Assembly: GCA_900752345.1 (NCBI GenBank)
Contig: CAADVA010000167.1
Coordinates: 1 to 38,995 of the forward strand
Reading direction: 5' to 3'
Length of the DNA: 38,995 bases
Origin: an uncultured Collinsella sp.
GTDB taxonomy: Bacteria; Actinomycetota; Coriobacteriia; Coriobacteriales; Coriobacteriaceae
Positions 37,214 through 38,995 of the stretch are shown in pieces (the stretch's first letter is position 1; every line of letters starts with the position of its first letter). The notes under the pieces were generated by a model. The model was not told the DNA's origin and searched no databases. It was given only the letters and a program-made list of their open reading frames with translations. Made by a program: the position numbers and the translations under genes.

Positions 37214-37867
37214 TTACTTGTCGTCAGCCTCTGCCTTGGCCTCGTTGAGGTAGCTGTAGAAGCTGTACTTGGAGATGCCAAAGAACTCGCAGGCGCGCTC
37301 GCTCGATTTGGAGATAAGGAATGCGCCGCGGCGGTCGAGGTATCCGATAGCGCGAATGCGCTCGTCCTTGGTCATGAGGGCCGCAGGCTTGCCCACGTAC
37401 TGCTCGCACTCGCGCAGCAGATCCTCGAGCAGGTCGCCGATGTTTTTGGTGATGGGATCGGGCTCGGTGTATCCCTTGTCGCCCGTGCCGGTGAGCGCTT
37501 CGAGCGAACGCTCAAACGCCTTCATGAGCGTGATGTCAAAGTTGATGCCCATAATGCCGACGGGGTTGCCGTCGTCATCGCGAATGAAGATGGTCGACGA
37601 CTTGAGCAGCTTGCCATCGGCGGCCTTGGTGAGATACGGCGCGCGGTCGTGGACCTCGGTGGCATCCTCGTTCATGGACTCGAGCACGATGTGGCTGGGA
37701 CCGTCGCCCAGTTTGCGTCCGCTGACGTGGCCGTTTTCAATCGCCACGATAGAGTGGTCCATGTCCTCGGTCTCCAGATCGTGGACGACGATTTCACAGT
37801 TGGGACCAAATTGGAGCGCCAGACTGTGTGCAAGGCGCTTGTAAAACTCAATCTGTGCGGGGGTCAT
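37214..37867 (-). CDS. YheO-like PAS + HTH transcriptional regulator
   Basis: FGPNCEIVVHDL, IENGHVSGRKLGDG, LKSSTIFI, GAFLISKS...GISKYSFYSYL. Confidence 0.93.
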   Translation of the reverse strand: MTPAQIEFYKRLAHSLALQFGPNCEIVVHDLETEDMDHSIVAIENGHVSGRKLGDGPSHIVLESMNEDATEVHDRAPYLTKAADGKLLKSSTIFIRDDDGNPVGIMGINFDITLMKAFERSLEALTGTGDKGYTEPDPITKNIGDLLEDLLRECEQYVGKPAALMTKDERIRAIGYLDRRGAFLISKSSERACEFFGISKYSFYSYLNEAKAEADDK

Positions 37868-38032
37868 GGGTGCCTTCCTAATAATTAGTTTGGGCTCACT
37901 GTGCCATAAACCCCACTTGTTCGCAAATAACGAAAGCGTCGCTGCGTTATAAGACCGCCAACGGCCAGGACACCATCTTTATGCACCCGCTGCGCGAGTT
38001 ATGGGTACGATGGCTTCAGGGGAGGTATCACC

Positions 38033-38623
38033 ATGAAACTTGGTTGCGTCATTATGGCTTCGGGCGAGGGCAAGCGGTTTGGCTCTAACAAGATGCTTGC
38101 CGATATCTGCGGAAAGCCGCTGATTCAGCGGACGATTGAGTCGGTGCCCAGAGGATTTGACGTTGTTGTTACGACGCGCTGGCCCCAAGTTGCCGAGATT
38201 TGCCGTGAGCTGCGCTGCGCGTGCGCGCTGCACGATGGCGCGCTCAGGAGCGAGAGTGTGCGCGCCGGTCTTACCTGGGGAGCCGATCGCGGCTGGAAGG
38301 GCTGCCTCTTTTTGCCGGGCGACCAGCCGCTCGTGAGTTCGGATTCCTTTGAAGCACTCGCCGGTGCTTTTAAGGCCAACGGCGGCGTTGCGCCCGTGCG
38401 TCTTGCCCTAAACGGTGAACCCGCCTCGCCGGTGCTGTTCCCTGCGAGTCTCTTTCCCGACCTTATGGGTCTTAAGGGCAAGGATGGCGGATCGTCGCTG
38501 CTGCGCGGCCGCGCCGATGTCCAGTTGGTCGAGGCACGTGCCTACGAGTTGTGGGATGTCGACACCGCCAAGGGCCAGCGCCGCGTCTCGGAGCACATCG
38601 CCGGCTGCTACGTGCCTCGCTAG
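38033..38623 (+). CDS. MocA/YgfJ-like nucleotidyltransferase (molybdenum cofactor cytidylyltransferase family)
   Basis: IMASGEGKRFGSNKML, GDQP, PVLFP, GKDGG, DVDT. Confidence 0.88.
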   Translation: MKLGCVIMASGEGKRFGSNKMLADICGKPLIQRTIESVPRGFDVVVTTRWPQVAEICRELRCACALHDGALRSESVRAGLTWGADRGWKGCLFLPGDQPLVSSDSFEALAGAFKANGGVAPVRLALNGEPASPVLFPASLFPDLMGLKGKDGGSSLLRGRADVQLVEARAYELWDVDTAKGQRRVSEHIAGCYVPR

Positions 38624-38649
38624 CAGAAAGGGCGTCAGGGTAGCGCCGG

Positions 38650-38994
38650 CTACTTGAGGTTGCTGGCGACGACGGGGCGGCCGAGGGCGGCCTCGAAGCG
38701 GTCGGCCATCGTGGGGTCGCTGAGCGTGTCGACTTGGTTGAGCATGACGCGCGCGTCGTCGAGCCTAAGCGCCTGCATCTCGGCATTGAGCACTTGGGCG
38801 ACGCGCTCGGGCGTGGCAACGTCGGTGGGCTCGCAGCCGCAGCGCTCGCAAAAGAGCTCGGGGCGGTGGACGGCTTCGTTGATGGGCTTGCCGAATCCCG
38901 AGGCGCCGACGAGCCAGATGACATTGGCCGTGCCAGAGGGAATTACCGGCTCCCCGGCCGCGGGCGCCTTGAGCGGGAGCCGCTGTGGCGCTGC
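38650..38994 (-). CDS. yqeC: YqeC-like selenium-dependent molybdenum hydroxylase accessory protein (C-terminal part; 5' end outside window)
   Basis: Manual translation RLPLKAPAAGEPVIP...VGASGFGKPINEAVHRPELF...LNQVD...SNLK*; not in the supplied ORF track. Confidence 0.75.
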   Translation of the reverse strand, partial: AAPQRLPLKAPAAGEPVIPSGTANVIWLVGASGFGKPINEAVHRPELFCERCGCEPTDVATPERVAQVLNAEMQALRLDDARVMLNQVDTLSDPTMADRFEAALGRPVVASNLK

Positions 38995-38995
38995 C

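Overview
High-GC, Coriobacteriia-like (probably Collinsella-type) chromosomal window with three parts. (1) Bases 1-10.5 kb hold a fragmented ribosomal superoperon. The 3' part of fusA is followed directly by rpsJ with no tuf. A terminator, a CDF transporter, a histidine phosphatase and a MITE-like palindrome then separate rpsJ from rplC-rplD-rplW-rplB-rpsS-rplV-rpsC-rplP-rpmC-rpsQ-rplN-rplX, which ends in a terminator before rplE. (2) Bases 10.5-19 kb and 36.3-39 kb hold host genes: a Gfo/Idh/MocA oxidoreductase with a DeoR regulator, RluA, a U32/RlhA-like protein, two YheO-like PAS-HTH regulators, an NCS2 permease, a MocA-like NTP transferase and YqeC. Their intergenic spaces carry GTCCCC-loop REP-like hairpins and an array of six alternating-orientation 15-bp repeats with 25-26-bp spacers. 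(3) Bases ~19-36.2 kb form a defence-like island. It has AAA-ATPase/PD-(D/E)XK genes each preceded by a striking repeat structure, a DEDDh exonuclease, a coiled-coil protein with a putative RelE-like C-terminus, and a SNF2-helicase-DUF3883 / DUF1156 methyltransferase / HEPN-DUF499 operon. It also has an uncharacterised gene under a P4-less SAM-I-like riboswitch. All calls come from reading the sequence by eye; no database searches were run.
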